A stretch of DNA of 64,000 bases, taken from a bacterium (lineage in GTDB: Bacteria; Patescibacteriota; Patescibacteriia; UBA9570). The stretch is taken from NCBI GenBank assembly GCA_030698395.1, contig JAUYKW010000025.1, forward strand, positions 4,179 to 68,178, written 5' to 3'. Position numbers and translations under genes: made by a program. Under the pieces are notes generated by a model. The model was not told the DNA's origin. It did no database searches and worked only from the letters and a program-made list of their open reading frames with translations. Below, in pieces: positions 29,783-40,053 of the stretch (position 1 is its first letter; each line of letters opens with the position of its first letter).

Positions 29783-30634
29783 TTATAATACTGGCACCAT
29801 GTAATTGTTAATTAATTTCTCAGATAATGTCTCACTAAAAATATAATCTATATACTTTTGAACATGCTCTTTATTTATATTCTTATTATATAGAATCCCG
29901 TACTCTCTAATCATGACGTATGAACCATCCTCAACAGAACTCACTGACGGTACTATACCATCAATAGCTAATGGTACTATAGTAAGGTCATTCATCTTTA
30001 TGTCACCAAATGAAGCTTGACCAATTGAATTTCTAGTTTCAAGAATTGCATCTAACATTAGAGATGCCGTGGCAATTTCAATTGCATCAGTTCTAATAAT
30101 ACTTTCTCCTAAAATGTACTTTCTTAAAAGAATTTTGCTTGATTCGGTCTCACTACGATCCAATAGTATAATTATGCCATCGTCTCCTCCCACTTGATTC
30201 CAATTAGTGATTTCACCCGTAAATATTTTTTTTACTTGATCACTTGTTAAACCTCTTACATTCACGTCCGGATGAACTGCTAATACCATTGCGTCTTTAG
30301 CGAATGATCTTTCCTGAACATTAGGGTATGATAATTTCTCTTCATCGGTCATTTTCCTTGCTGCTGTTCCTAAATCTAATGAACCATCATTTACTCCTTT
30401 AACATCATCAATAGTTCCAGCTCCACCTAAGAACAGTAATGAAATATCTTCAAAAGGTTGGGTACCTCCAATTTTTTCCAATATAGACATACCGGACCCA
30501 GATCCAGATATTATGATATTTTTTTTCTGATCAACATCCTCAGTACTAAGAGTAATTATTAAATATAGTGTCCAACCAACAATCACAATTAATATTAAAA
30601 TAACTAGCGCTAATAAATTTTTATTTGGTCTCAT
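29783..30634 (-). CDS. PstS-like phosphate-binding periplasmic protein
   Basis: IIISGSGS, G.LDLG.AAR, FAKDAMVLAVHP, IFTGEITNWNQVGG. Confidence 0.85.
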   Translation of the reverse strand: MRPNKNLLALVILILIVIVGWTLYLIITLSTEDVDQKKNIIISGSGSGMSILEKIGGTQPFEDISLLFLGGAGTIDDVKGVNDGSLDLGTAARKMTDEEKLSYPNVQERSFAKDAMVLAVHPDVNVRGLTSDQVKKIFTGEITNWNQVGGDDGIIILLDRSETESSKILLRKYILGESIIRTDAIEIATASLMLDAILETRNSIGQASFGDIKMNDLTIVPLAIDGIVPSVSSVEDGSYVMIREYGILYNKNINKEHVQKYIDYIFSETLSEKLINNYMVPVL

Positions 30635-30773
30635 AAATATTTAATGGACATATTATTAACTAAAAAATCCAATACAACATTGCTGATTGGATTTGTTATT
30701 TGCCTATTCCCATGTATAATAGCCATTACTAAAGTTATGAACTTATATATACATATATTATACTATAATTTTT

Positions 30774-31448
30774 ATGAAAAATCAATCAACAAAAACAATA
30801 TATATCTATAAAAATCCTTTAGTAGCAATATTTCTAGTAATTTTTTTAGTTGTTTGTTGGTTTTATCTAAACTCAACAATTTTTGGATTATACTCAGAAG
30901 AGGTGAACAACTTTATTTATAGCCTAGGAAAATGGTCACCCTTATTTATGATTGGTCTAATTATCTCTGAATATGTAATTGCACCATTGCCCGGTAGCTG
31001 GCTACCAATTGCATCAGGTTTTATTTTTGGTCCTTGGTTAGGTTTTGTATATTCATACATCGCAACTCTTTTAGGATCAATAATAGCTTTTGAAATTTCT
31101 AGACTTGTATTCCATCCTCTGATTAAAAACATTATTCAACCAGCCTGGCATGAAAAATTTAAAACCAAACTAAAATCAGTTAGTTGGGTAATTATACTAA
31201 TTTTTGCCCTACCATTATTCCCAGTGGATATTGTTGTTTGGATACTTGGTCTATTAAATATTGAACGAAAAAATTTCCTAATAATGGCGGCTATAGGATT
31301 AGTACCAAATATAGCCTTAACAAGTTTTTTAGGCACAAAAATAGCCTTCTCTCAATTTCAATATTTCTTAGTAATAACAACATTTATCATTATTGGTTTT
31401 ATCCTTGTAAACCAAATACGATTACGTCTTCAAAAAAAGCCTAGTTAA
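30774..31448 (+). CDS. TVP38/TMEM64 (VTT/DedA-like) membrane protein
   Basis: APLPG...ASGFIFGPWLG..YSY..TLLGS..AF..SR, LPLFPVD. Confidence 0.88.
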   Translation: MKNQSTKTIYIYKNPLVAIFLVIFLVVCWFYLNSTIFGLYSEEVNNFIYSLGKWSPLFMIGLIISEYVIAPLPGSWLPIASGFIFGPWLGFVYSYIATLLGSIIAFEISRLVFHPLIKNIIQPAWHEKFKTKLKSVSWVIILIFALPLFPVDIVVWILGLLNIERKNFLIMAAIGLVPNIALTSFLGTKIAFSQFQYFLVITTFIIIGFILVNQIRLRLQKKPS

Positions 31449-32561
31449 TTACCAAAGATCAGAGTATAACTCCAAACACTCTAAATCGCTTCCAACTTTA
31501 AAAGAATCTTTACCATCAATGGCCTCTGCTCCATACGGCGGGCAAACACTTTCTTTATCAATCAGAGTGCCGTCTTTTACTAGGCCGTAACTATAAGATA
31601 AGTAAGCGCTTGTAATAGGTGCCCAAGTATAGCCATCCCAAAATTCAAACCCACCAATAGTAAAAGGACCAAATTCAGGTAAATTATCCTTGCCTGGTTC
31701 ATTGGTAGTTAACTCCCAGAAAATATAAGAATTTCTCAAGGCTAAATCACAACTTCCTGTATAGGTTTTTCCAACCACTACATCGTTCACCCAAAATTCC
31801 CATTCACCTTCAACTGGATCCTGACATGTCATGGAGAAAGAGTTACTTTCGGATGTATCCCAATCATTAGAAACTAGCGGCTCTTGTAATCCATACAGAT
31901 AATTATCTTGATCATCCCACATTTCCCAGAAGTATCCCCATTCTGCATTACCATCGCCATCCGAATCATCCATCGCCATCAAGCCAATCTGTATAAAATA
32001 GTCATTATCCAATAAGGCACCTACCCATAATGAACCATCATTACCCTCTGATAATGGGGGGGTATTTTCCAACTCATCAACAGTAAATCTTACCGCTGGC
32101 CATTCCGTATCCGAACTGTCTACATCCGCATAAGCTCCTACTTGATATGCATATAAATCATCAGTTACTACATTTTCGTCAATTGAAAATCCCAAAGAAG
32201 ATCCATCTTCATCAACCAATTCTCCATTATCAAGCGCATCCACGCTATCATATTTATCTACAATATTTATATTAGTGTTGTAATTTTCGTTTGCATTATA
32301 ATCATACTCATCATAATCACTATTAAGATTATGGTTATAATTAGCATTATTCGTATCCAAATAAGAAGTATTGGTATTAACATTTAAATAAGTATCAACT
32401 GGATCGATATATTCTATATAAAGAAAATACCCGATTATTACTGCCACTATTAAAAACATAAAGCCAAACCATAAACAACCGATTGATCCCGCGATTAAGC
32501 ATCCAGTTCTTTTAGATTTACGCTGTAAATTGTTATTTTCTACCTTTGATTCTTCTATCAT
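31449..32561 (-). CDS. Membrane-anchored acidic extracellular protein of unknown function
   Basis: Single N-terminal TM, Asn/Tyr-rich linker, beta-rich Trp/Cys-containing domain. Confidence 0.75.
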   Translation of the reverse strand: MIEESKVENNNLQRKSKRTGCLIAGSIGCLWFGFMFLIVAVIIGYFLYIEYIDPVDTYLNVNTNTSYLDTNNANYNHNLNSDYDEYDYNANENYNTNINIVDKYDSVDALDNGELVDEDGSSLGFSIDENVVTDDLYAYQVGAYADVDSSDTEWPAVRFTVDELENTPPLSEGNDGSLWVGALLDNDYFIQIGLMAMDDSDGDGNAEWGYFWEMWDDQDNYLYGLQEPLVSNDWDTSESNSFSMTCQDPVEGEWEFWVNDVVVGKTYTGSCDLALRNSYIFWELTTNEPGKDNLPEFGPFTIGGFEFWDGYTWAPITSAYLSYSYGLVKDGTLIDKESVCPPYGAEAIDGKDSFKVGSDLECLELYSDLW

Positions 32562-32619
32562 ATGTGGTTCAGTGTATCAAGATTGATTAAACTAGTAAAT
32601 TGCAGTAGGCTACATCCGT

Positions 32620-33564
32620 ATGAAAAAGAAAGGGAACACTATAATCCTCGTTTCATTCTCAATCTTAGTAATAGCCTTGGGTTTATTTGAAATATTTTTT
32701 TGGTTTGGAACGTCTTCTAATGATCTTGATGATGCAAAAGATAAGTTCATTACCGTACAAAATAATGATATTTACTATACTGTAAAAGGTAATGGACCGC
32801 CGGTACTTTTAATCCACTCGGGTAGTTGGTCTGGTGTTGAATATGATGGTATTATTGAGCAATTAAAATCAAATTACACCGTTTATGCTGTTGATATGCC
32901 AGGCTTTGGTAGGAGTGACAAACCGCAAACAAGTTACACTGTATCTTATTTGACCGAACAAATGTCTGGATTTATCGATAAATTTCCAGAAAAAGAATTC
33001 CATCTTGTAGGTGCTTCCGTTGGTGGAAGTATAGCTCTGCAACTTGCGGCTAATCATCCTAAACAAATTAAAACTTTAACTCTAATTGATCCCTTTGGAT
33101 TTGGAGATGATATTAATCAAACTGCAGTTTTAGCACAACTCCCAATACTTTCAGAGCTAGTTCTTTTTCCAAACCGCTTTACCTTTAATTACATTTTAAA
33201 TCACGGATTATTATCTAACAAAGCTTTAGATGATGATTACCGTGATAAATTATTTACTACTACTAAAGTTCCTAAAGCACAACGGGCAAAATTATCCTTA
33301 CTACGATCCACTATCACAGGCCGCGGTGTTCATAAGGATGTACGTACAGCAGTAGATGAAGCCGCAAAAAAAGTAAAGCAACCCGTTTTACTAATTTGGG
33401 GTGAACACGACACCTATGCACCTTTCGAACAGAGTGAAGCTGCTTTAAAAATAATTTCCAAATCTCAATTAAAATCTCTGCCCAAGGCTGGTCACTTCGC
33501 TCATATGGAAGCACCGCAACAGGTAGCCAAATATATTAATTCTTTTTTGAAGAATAAAAAATAG
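32620..33564 (+). CDS. Alpha/beta-fold hydrolase with N-terminal anchor
   Basis: PVLLIH, DMPGFGRSD, nucleophile GASVGG, WGEHD, AGHFAHME. Confidence 0.92.
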   Translation: MKKKGNTIILVSFSILVIALGLFEIFFWFGTSSNDLDDAKDKFITVQNNDIYYTVKGNGPPVLLIHSGSWSGVEYDGIIEQLKSNYTVYAVDMPGFGRSDKPQTSYTVSYLTEQMSGFIDKFPEKEFHLVGASVGGSIALQLAANHPKQIKTLTLIDPFGFGDDINQTAVLAQLPILSELVLFPNRFTFNYILNHGLLSNKALDDDYRDKLFTTTKVPKAQRAKLSLLRSTITGRGVHKDVRTAVDEAAKKVKQPVLLIWGEHDTYAPFEQSEAALKIISKSQLKSLPKAGHFAHMEAPQQVAKYINSFLKNKK

Positions 33565-33656
33565 ATTTCTATTGAAAACTATGTGTTTTTTTATCTGTAA
33601 TAAATTAGTGTTCAAACGCTACTTTTGAAAAACTCAATTATCAAGCAAATGTAGAC

Positions 33657-33720
33657 TTACACACAGTTTATAGGCTTAACCCACAGGTTATCCACTGTTA
33701 TATAAACATTATTATCCCCT
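33657..33720 (+). promoter_or_regulatory. Cluster of degenerate DnaA-box-like 9-mers
   Basis: TTACACACA, TAACCCACA, TTATCCACT, TTATATAAA, TTATCCCCT, all in the same orientation. Confidence 0.4.
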
Positions 33721-33859
33721 AAAAGCACAATAGCCTTGATTTAAAGGCTTTTATAGCATATAATGTTCGTTGCCACATTTGTTCGCCTGTTCGGCAGCTT
33801 TGGCTTCTGATAAGGCGTGCTGTGACCAAGCATATCCCCTTAAATAAGGGAATGCTTCG

Positions 33860-33932
33860 GCGGGTGTCGTATAATGGCTTATTATGTCTGCCTTCCAAGC
33901 AGAAGACGTCAGTTCGATTCTGATCACCCGCT
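33860..33932 (+). tRNA. tRNA-Gly(TCC)
   Basis: GCGGGTG/CACCCGC acceptor, TCTGC-CT-TCC-AA-GCAGA. Confidence 0.95.
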
Positions 33933-34036
33933 CATTGATCTCTTCCACCATTGACCAAAAAATTGAGGGAGGGGTATACTTCGTGTAATAGACTGACTTT
34001 AAGTCGAGCGACTAATCATTGTATATCCTAAAAACT

Positions 34037-35924
34037 ATGATCACTCGTATGTTACGCATTACAGGTATGGTGATACCTATATCACTTTTTACATTTGCGT
34101 TATCTAGTAACGCTGCACTGGCCGACCCTTGGACGGATGGTAGTAGTTCAGTGTATGTAACAGATACCAGTGATAAAGCAGGTATTGGGACAACAACTCC
34201 AGCAACACAACTTGAAGTGAACCACGATGCCAATTCATATTGGGGATTACGGCTGAAGAATACATATTCAGGAGGACACTCATGGACAATGGGTGATGGA
34301 AAATCTGCTCATGGTGGATTTTCAATTTATGATGATACAGCTGCAGCTGATCGTTTGTTTATTGCGAGTACGGGAAAGATTGGCATTGGATCCAGCAGTC
34401 CGAGCCGTTTATTGCATTTAAAAAATTCTGCATCAGATACCGGTATCCGTATTGAAAGTACGGGAACCAATGCTGACTTTTTACTATATTCAGGTGTAGG
34501 TAGCGCGGATAAATTTGGTATTTACGACGAGGATGCCAGTTTAGATAGGTTGGTGATTGATAGCTCCGGTAATGTTGGTATTGGCACTACTAGCCCTAGT
34601 TATAAACTAGATGTGAATGGTGATATTGGTGTGAATGAAACTTTGTATGGACCTGCCTCAACTGCATTAACACTACAATCAGCAACTGGAAGGGCAATGA
34701 TATTTAATACAAATGGAAGTAATGAGAGGATGCGGGATAACTAGTGATGGCGATGTATTAGTGGAAGGCCAATTAGGCGTAGAAAACGCAACACCCAATA
34801 TCGATTTAGCCATTGGTGATAATGATACAGGCATTGAACAAGTATCAGATGGTATTCTCACAATACTTACAAACAACTCTGAAGTATTACGAATGAATAC
34901 AAGTCAGGATGTACGCATTGGTAGCTCAACTGGTTCAGGTAGATTATATGTCACAAAAGATGATCAATGGGCAATGTATGGTCTAAGTTCTGCGGGTAGT
35001 GATGATTATGGTGGCATTTATGGTGAGGCTAGTAATAGTGGTAATTATAACGCCACGGGAATTTTCGGTGTTACAAAGGGACATGGGAATGTAAATGGCC
35101 AACCACTTGGCGTTCGGGGAGATGCACGCTATACAGGTAGTCCATCTGGAGGACAATTTGGAGTTTTAGGGTACAATTATTCTCAAGGAAATGGTACTGC
35201 TGTTGATAGTGCGGGCGTTTGGGGCGGATCAGTTGGAACACCAGGCTCCGAAGCTGAATTCGCAACTTATGGCAATGGGGTTCAGGGAGAAACTTATTCA
35301 AAAGCTAATACTGCTGGTGGAGGAATCTTTTACTCTTTATCTGATGATGGTGACGCTGATGGCGTTGTAGGTCAAACGGCCTCAAGTAGTGGGAATTCAT
35401 ACGGAGTTTATTCAAGTGGTAAATTTGGAGCTTCTGGCACAAAGTCTGCTGTTGTTTATACTGAAACACAAGGACCAACTGAGTTGTATGCCGAAGAAGC
35501 AACCGAGGTATGGTTTACAGACTATGGTGAAGGTAAACTGACAGATAGTTACACAAAAATTGACCTCGACCCTCTATTCCTAGAAACTGTAACAATTAAT
35601 GAGGATGAGCCAATGCAAGTATTCACGCAAAGTTATAGCTATGCTACTCTATATGTAACGAGAAATAACGATTCATTTGAAGTACATAGTATATCAGGTG
35701 AAAAAGATGCTAGTTTTGGATACAGAGTTGTGGCAAAAAGAAAATACTTTGAGAATGAACGAATGCAATCTACCAAAGCAGTTATAGACAGATTTATGCG
35801 ACCAGATTTAGATGAACCTGGACTTGAAGCACTAAATGAAAGTTGGAGTATTGATTATTTTACTGTTGATGAATTGTTGCCAGATTTAAAGGCAGAACCT
35901 GAGAAGATGTTAATTATGGATTAA
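34037..35924 (+). pseudogene. Secreted tail-fibre/adhesin-like repeat protein split by a +1 frameshift at GGG 34734-34736
   Basis: GIGTTTP, GKIGIG and GNVGIGTTSP repeats; removing one G gives ERMRITSDGDV and joins ORFs 34019-34744 and 34713-35924. Confidence 0.8.
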
Positions 35925-35955
35925 TTCACCATATACGTAATAAGATAAATAATTT

Positions 35956-36990
35956 ATGGTTATGCACTTTAAAACCAAGTATTCTATAAGTAGCTTATTT
36001 TTGTTACTAGCATTTTTTATTCCACATTTTGCAACCGCAAGTACGCAAAGTACCATTGGTGTTTTTAGAGAAGATAATCTGAATTATAAGATATTTGATC
36101 CAAGTAATGGTGATGAAATTACTTCAAGTACTTTAGAAAGTAAAATAAATAGTTTCAAAAATAATGATTTTGAGATCAAAGACATGCTTTCTAATGAAGG
36201 TGCTGAATGGGTAACAGATACTGATGATGGCAAGCTTGGAATATATAACCAATCATTTGATTTGATTGATCAATTTAATGTTTTTTCAAATTATAGCAGA
36301 CCAATGGCAATTGCAATCGGAAACGTATCAACTGATTACAATGGCCCAGAAATTATTGTCTGTAAAAGCAGCTCCTCCGTACCTAGACTAAAAGTGTTTT
36401 CATATTCGAGTGGTGGGGTTGAAGAAAAAATACTTGGGTTTAAACCATTTGGAGACGGTAGTGCACATGATAGAGGATGTCTTGAGTTGGGAGTTGGTGA
36501 TTTTGATGGTGATGGAGATAACGAAATAATTACATTTAGGGGACATGAAAAAGGAGGTGATATTCAAGTGAAAATTTTTGACAATAATGCTGATCTTGAA
36601 AGCACATTTGAAATACCTGAATCTCTCTATGAGTGGAGCTTAAATGAAAACACGGAGCATATGATGGTAGCAAATATTAATAGTACCAATAAAGACGAGA
36701 TTATTTTTCAAGGAGGCACATATATGGTATATGCTTACAACAGTGAGGGTAATCAGCTATATAAATTTAATTCTCAAAAATATAACGGAAAATATATTAA
36801 AAAAATCGATGTCAGTGATATCGATGGAGATGGTGTCGCAGAAGTAGTGGTACAACAAATGGGGAAAAAAGTGCCGATTGTAATTCTTAACAAAAATGGA
36901 GAAGTTGAAAATTCATACAACTTATATCCAAATGCGACATCTAAAGCGGCACGATTTATGTTCCTTGGTCAATTTAGCACGGGATTGTAA
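35956..36990 (+). CDS. Secreted FG-GAP/VCBS-repeat protein
   Basis: Signal peptide; VGDFDGDGDNEII, VANINSTNKDEII, VSDIDGDGVAEVV. Confidence 0.85.
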   Translation: MVMHFKTKYSISSLFLLLAFFIPHFATASTQSTIGVFREDNLNYKIFDPSNGDEITSSTLESKINSFKNNDFEIKDMLSNEGAEWVTDTDDGKLGIYNQSFDLIDQFNVFSNYSRPMAIAIGNVSTDYNGPEIIVCKSSSSVPRLKVFSYSSGGVEEKILGFKPFGDGSAHDRGCLELGVGDFDGDGDNEIITFRGHEKGGDIQVKIFDNNADLESTFEIPESLYEWSLNENTEHMMVANINSTNKDEIIFQGGTYMVYAYNSEGNQLYKFNSQKYNGKYIKKIDVSDIDGDGVAEVVVQQMGKKVPIVILNKNGEVENSYNLYPNATSKAARFMFLGQFSTGL

Positions 36991-37157
36991 AAAGTTAAAG
37001 ATAGAGTGAGTTGAAGGGTGGGTGTTTACTAAGAATGACTCAAATTAGGTAATTCCAAAGCGTCGGAAAGCTCTATAGCAGTTCTAACGTCCTCTACGAA
37101 AGAGCTCAAAATTATAAAATAATTTTGAGCGTCCACTTAATTACTAATGGACGTTTT

Positions 37158-37388
37158 ATGTTTTATACTTACATTCTACGAAGTCTGATCGATCAACGAA
37201 CTTACGTTGGTCATACAAATAATATTAAAAATAGAGTAAATAGACATAATTCTGTCTTGGTTAAGTCTACTAAAACAAGATGTCCTCTTAAACTAATCTA
37301 TCTAGAACAACATTCTACATTACAAAAAGCTAAACCTCCCGTATTCGACACTCATCTTTGGATATGCAACGGAATAACTCTTTCGTAA
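37158..37388 (+). pseudogene. Small GIY-YIG nuclease, probably truncated or decayed
   Basis: MFYTYILRS..DQRTYVGHTNN..NRV.RHN..VKSTK; the conserved A..RE..K helix is missing. Confidence 0.75.
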
Positions 37389-37507
37389 CATTAAACCAAG
37401 GATAAAGAATAGAAGTCTGTACTTTCAAACCTCACAACTTAATTATTTTATAGTATGATTTAAATAATACTTCACTGATAGAAAAAATAATGTACAATTA
37501 AATTACT

Positions 37508-38157
37508 ATGAGTCCAGAAAAATTACCAACAAGTGAAATACAACGCTTAACTCAATTTTCAAGGCTACTCGAACGCGCACACCAACAGTCCGAAGCTGAC
37601 TTAGTCATCAGATTAGAAAAAGATCCTGTTCCTACTGAGGAAGAGGTAATGCTGGGTGCATTTAGAGAAATGATTGAGCCAGAAGTACGTGATGCAGTTT
37701 TTGAAATGCTCCATAAAGGCTATGCCCCTGAATCTTCAGGATATGCTGGAAAGCATGGTGAGCGCCAACAAATTGATGGGTACTTTTTGATAGATCCAGA
37801 TACAAAGAAAGAAATTGAGGCTCTAGGTACGTCATTATCTGTAACGACATATGATGAACTCTCCCCGCATGGATCTAAAAAAATGAAACTAGTATTAGAT
37901 TCAAACCGCAGCAACCAAACTCTCAAAGGATTAAACAAACATGGGACCAGATTGTTGCGCTCTTACCAGACCGCGGAATCCCAATAGAACCATCAATTAA
38001 CGGTGATCCAGAAACGTTTTTTCAACAATATAACATTGATCGACCTGATATTTTAATTAGTATTTATAAAAAAAGAATTGACCTAGTTGATACACACCCT
38101 GATGAAATTAATAGAATGCAAGCTATAATCGAGGAACTGCAGAAAACCTCATTATAA
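37508..38157 (+). pseudogene. Hypothetical protein with an apparent frameshift in an A7 run (37877-37883)
   Basis: The -1 frame stays open for ~91 codons (NETSIRFKPQQPN..IKQTWDQIVALLPDRG..QKTSL*) to 38157. Confidence 0.6.
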
Positions 38158-38199
38158 AAATATCAATTGGTTTAATATTGTAAGCATTCTTGCTATGCT

Positions 38200-39978
38200 A
38201 TGAATGCCATGGCTAAAAATGTAACTCGACTAACAATTCAACTCTATTGGCAATATGTTAGAAAGCAAGAAGGATTGCTAGCATTTGTATTGATTGGAAT
38301 TTTTACTGGTACTGCATCAAATGTTGGTATTTACTATGTTTTCAAATTGATTGTAGATCGCATCTCAGCGACAGGTGCACCAATTGATTTTGCAAACATC
38401 ATTAGTCTACTAATACCGTTAGCATTATTTTTAATCATAAACATGTTAGGATGGCGCACTGGATTGTACGCGCTATCTATACTTGAGCCAAAAGTAATGG
38501 CTGAACTAGTAGAACGAAGTTTCTATGAAATTCATAAACATTCCTTCAACTTCTTTAGTAATGAATTTGTTGGTTCACTTGTAAAAAAAGTAACTCGCCT
38601 GGGACGCTCCGTGGAAAATTTTATCGACATCGTTGCCGTTGATATGTTCCAAATGCTGATTCGTCTGACATTGGTAGTAGTTATATTATATATCCTGAGT
38701 CCGATACTAGGTACCATAATGTTAGTTTGGGCCATACTATTTATAATAGTAAATTACGTGGCAAGTACTTACAAACTTGAACACTACGATAAACCCCGAC
38801 TTCAAGCTGACAGTAATGTAACTGGTCAATTGGCTGATACAATTTCCAACAGCGCGAACATCAAACTCTTCTCAACTCGACATTACGAACAACAAAGATT
38901 TAGCGAAGCTAGTCAGGATTGGCGACATAAAACTACTCGCACATGGATTTTTTCCCAACACATTGAGTTTATTCAAAACGCCATGATGATTGCACTTGAA
39001 CTTATATTGATTTATATCTCTCTCAAATTATGGCAGAAAGGTGTACTATCCATCGGTGATTTTGTACTGATTCAAAGCTATCTAACGGAAATGTTTATAT
39101 TTATCTGGGATTTTGGTCGTAATGTTGAGCGCATGTATGAAGCATTTGCTGATGCTCAAGAAATGGTAGAGATTATTAATACGCCACATGAAATTCGTGA
39201 TACCAATAATGCCAAACCTATTAAGCTTGCAAATGGTAAGATTATCTTTCAAGATGTCACGTTCTCATATCATGAAAATGAACATGTCATTAGCAAACTA
39301 AATTTAACTATACCAGCTGGAGAAACGGTTGCATTAATAGGCCCATCGGGTGGTGGCAAAACAACTATTATTAAATTACTCATTCGTCTGTACGACCTGG
39401 ATGGTGGAAAGATCCTGCTTGATGATCAGAATATTGCCGAAGTTACCCAAGATAGTCTCAGATCTCAAATAGCTTTAGTACCGCAGGATGCAATACTATT
39501 TCATCGATCACTAATGGATAATATTCGTTATGGCAGGCTAACTGCTACCGACGAAGAAGTAATTGAAGCTGCCAAGCAAGCTTACTGCCATAAATTCATC
39601 AACAACTTTGAAAAAGGGTATAACACCCTGGTTGGCGAACGTGGAGTTAAATTATCCGGGGGAGAACGACAACGTATTGCAATAGCTCGTGCAATTCTTA
39701 GCAACGCTAAAATATTAGTTCTAGATGAAGCAACTAGTAATCTCGACGTTCATTCGGAAAAACTTATTCAAGCAGCTCTCCAAAATTTAAAAAAAAATAA
39801 AACCACGATAATAATCGCTCATCGCCTCTCTACCGTACGAAATGCAAATCACATTATTGCCATGGAAGATGGTAAAATTGCTGAACAAGGAAATCATGAC
39901 GAGCTATTACAAAAACAAGGATTATACTATTCTCTCTGGCAACTAAATAATACTGGACAACCCGTTAGCATAAAGTAA
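38200..39978 (+). CDS. ABC transporter, fused permease/ATPase exporter (start may be 38209)
   Basis: Six-TM domain, GPSGGGKT, LSGGERQR, ILVLDEATS, IIAHRLST. Confidence 0.96.
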   Translation: MNAMAKNVTRLTIQLYWQYVRKQEGLLAFVLIGIFTGTASNVGIYYVFKLIVDRISATGAPIDFANIISLLIPLALFLIINMLGWRTGLYALSILEPKVMAELVERSFYEIHKHSFNFFSNEFVGSLVKKVTRLGRSVENFIDIVAVDMFQMLIRLTLVVVILYILSPILGTIMLVWAILFIIVNYVASTYKLEHYDKPRLQADSNVTGQLADTISNSANIKLFSTRHYEQQRFSEASQDWRHKTTRTWIFSQHIEFIQNAMMIALELILIYISLKLWQKGVLSIGDFVLIQSYLTEMFIFIWDFGRNVERMYEAFADAQEMVEIINTPHEIRDTNNAKPIKLANGKIIFQDVTFSYHENEHVISKLNLTIPAGETVALIGPSGGGKTTIIKLLIRLYDLDGGKILLDDQNIAEVTQDSLRSQIALVPQDAILFHRSLMDNIRYGRLTATDEEVIEAAKQAYCHKFINNFEKGYNTLVGERGVKLSGGERQRIAIARAILSNAKILVLDEATSNLDVHSEKLIQAALQNLKKNKTTIIIAHRLSTVRNANHIIAMEDGKIAEQGNHDELLQKQGLYYSLWQLNNTGQPVSIK

Positions 39979-40006
39979 TTTCAGAAATACTAATATTATC
40001 TTAAAC

Positions 40007-40039
40007 AAAAAACACCAGCTGTAATAGGTTGGTGTTTTT
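40007..40039. terminator. Bidirectional terminator between convergent genes
   Basis: AAAAACACCAGC..GTTGGTGTTTTT. Confidence 0.7.
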
Positions 40040-40053
40040 GGAATATGAATTAG

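Noticed and set aside
33657-33720. Replication origin
   Set aside because: The boxes are degenerate, dnaA/dnaN are not adjacent, and I see no sustained strand-skew switch; kept only as a low-interest DnaA-site candidate.
33751-33951. 66-aa minus-strand ORF
   Set aside because: Antisense to tRNA-Gly(TCC) and its leader.
33933-37500. Prophage at tRNA-Gly(TCC) suggested by the tail-fibre-like gene
   Set aside because: No integrase, capsid, terminase or att duplication found; the protein has a signal peptide and looks like a cellular surface protein.
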